NCBI GenBank assembly: GCA_008369845.1
Contig: MRSU01000182.1
Span: forward strand, 1 to 32,249
Source of the DNA: Trichomonas gallinae
Lineage: Eukaryota
Length of the DNA: 32,249 nucleotides
Reading direction: 5' to 3'
Shown here: piece by piece, positions 31,895 through 32,249 of the stretch
How the letters are laid out: each line of letters starts with the position of its first letter
Position numbering within the stretch: position 1 is the stretch's first letter
Translations under genes and position numbers: made by a program
Notes under the pieces: generated by a model
Told to the model about the DNA's origin: nothing
The model's input: only the letters and a program-made list of their open reading frames with translations
The model's database searches: none

Positions 31895-32038
31895 TGACAT
31901 TGTAAAACAATAATTTGATACATAAAATTTTACATGACATAAATAAAATTTATAGTCACTTTTAAAAGTTGACAATGTAAAACATTAATTTGACATATGA
32001 ACATCTACATAACATAAATTTGTTTGTCACTTTTAAAA
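31895..32038. repeat. Two imperfect ~75-bp tandem units (TGACA..TGTAAAACA..TACAT..GTCACTTTTAAAA)
   Basis: Units begin TGACATTGTAAAACAATAATTTGA (31895) and TGACAATGTAAAACATTAATTTGA (31970); both end in GTCACTTTTAAAA. Confidence 0.8.
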
Positions 32039-32162
32039 AATACCACAATGGCAATTATATGAATAATATCAAGCAATTCAATGATATGGTTCTATACGGA
32101 ATAAATTATCAAAAGAAATAGAGTTTTATAGTCATCACCGTTTCTCTTGGAATCACCATGAC

Positions 32163-32249
32163 TTAAGGGTCCGCGACCAAATAGCGGTCTCAATTTTTCA
32201 ATGCGGTATTGAAAATTATCGTTTTGCCCAGAAAAGTAAACTCACTTTT
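32163..32249. mobile_element. Possible terminus of a TTAA-targeting DNA transposon (Kolobok-like)
   Basis: TTAA|GGGTCCGCGACC with an abrupt local GC increase. Kolobok elements have TTAA target duplications and purine-purine 5' termini. The other end is not visible. Confidence 0.3.

Noticed and set aside
31895..32038. CRISPR-like array interpretation of the repeats
   Set aside because: Eukaryotic context, degenerate tandem units without unique spacers, and no cas genes.

Overview
AT-rich, intron-less eukaryotic DNA that looks like a trichomonad (Trichomonas vaginalis-like) genome. The evidence is TCA(C/T)(T/A) initiator elements just upstream of ATGs, the M3/M5 promoter on the ribosomal protein gene, TAAA signals overlapping stop codons, and typical expanded gene families. 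Genes: a small conserved hypothetical protein, RPL21, a GT61-like type II membrane glycosyltransferase, two long coiled-coil proteins, two tandem ~1570-aa transmembrane PAS-class III nucleotidyl cyclases, a putative surface protein, a ubiquitin-like protein, a LisH-like protein, a glycine-rich protein, an alpha-helical/ARM-like protein and proteasome alpha-6. Most notable: (1) the two cyclases differ at the catalytic site, one complete and one lacking the transition-state Asn/Arg, suggesting a C1/C2-like heterodimer; (2) two long intact ORFs have no usable ATG, and their hydrophobic leaders sit one nucleotide out of frame; (3) 5' and 3' fragments of the surface-protein gene are dispersed in the window, one forming an inverted repeat around the second cyclase; (4) a dispersed TGACA-rich intergenic element, a 212-bp tandem repeat at the proteasome promoter, and a possible TTAA-type transposon end at the right edge.
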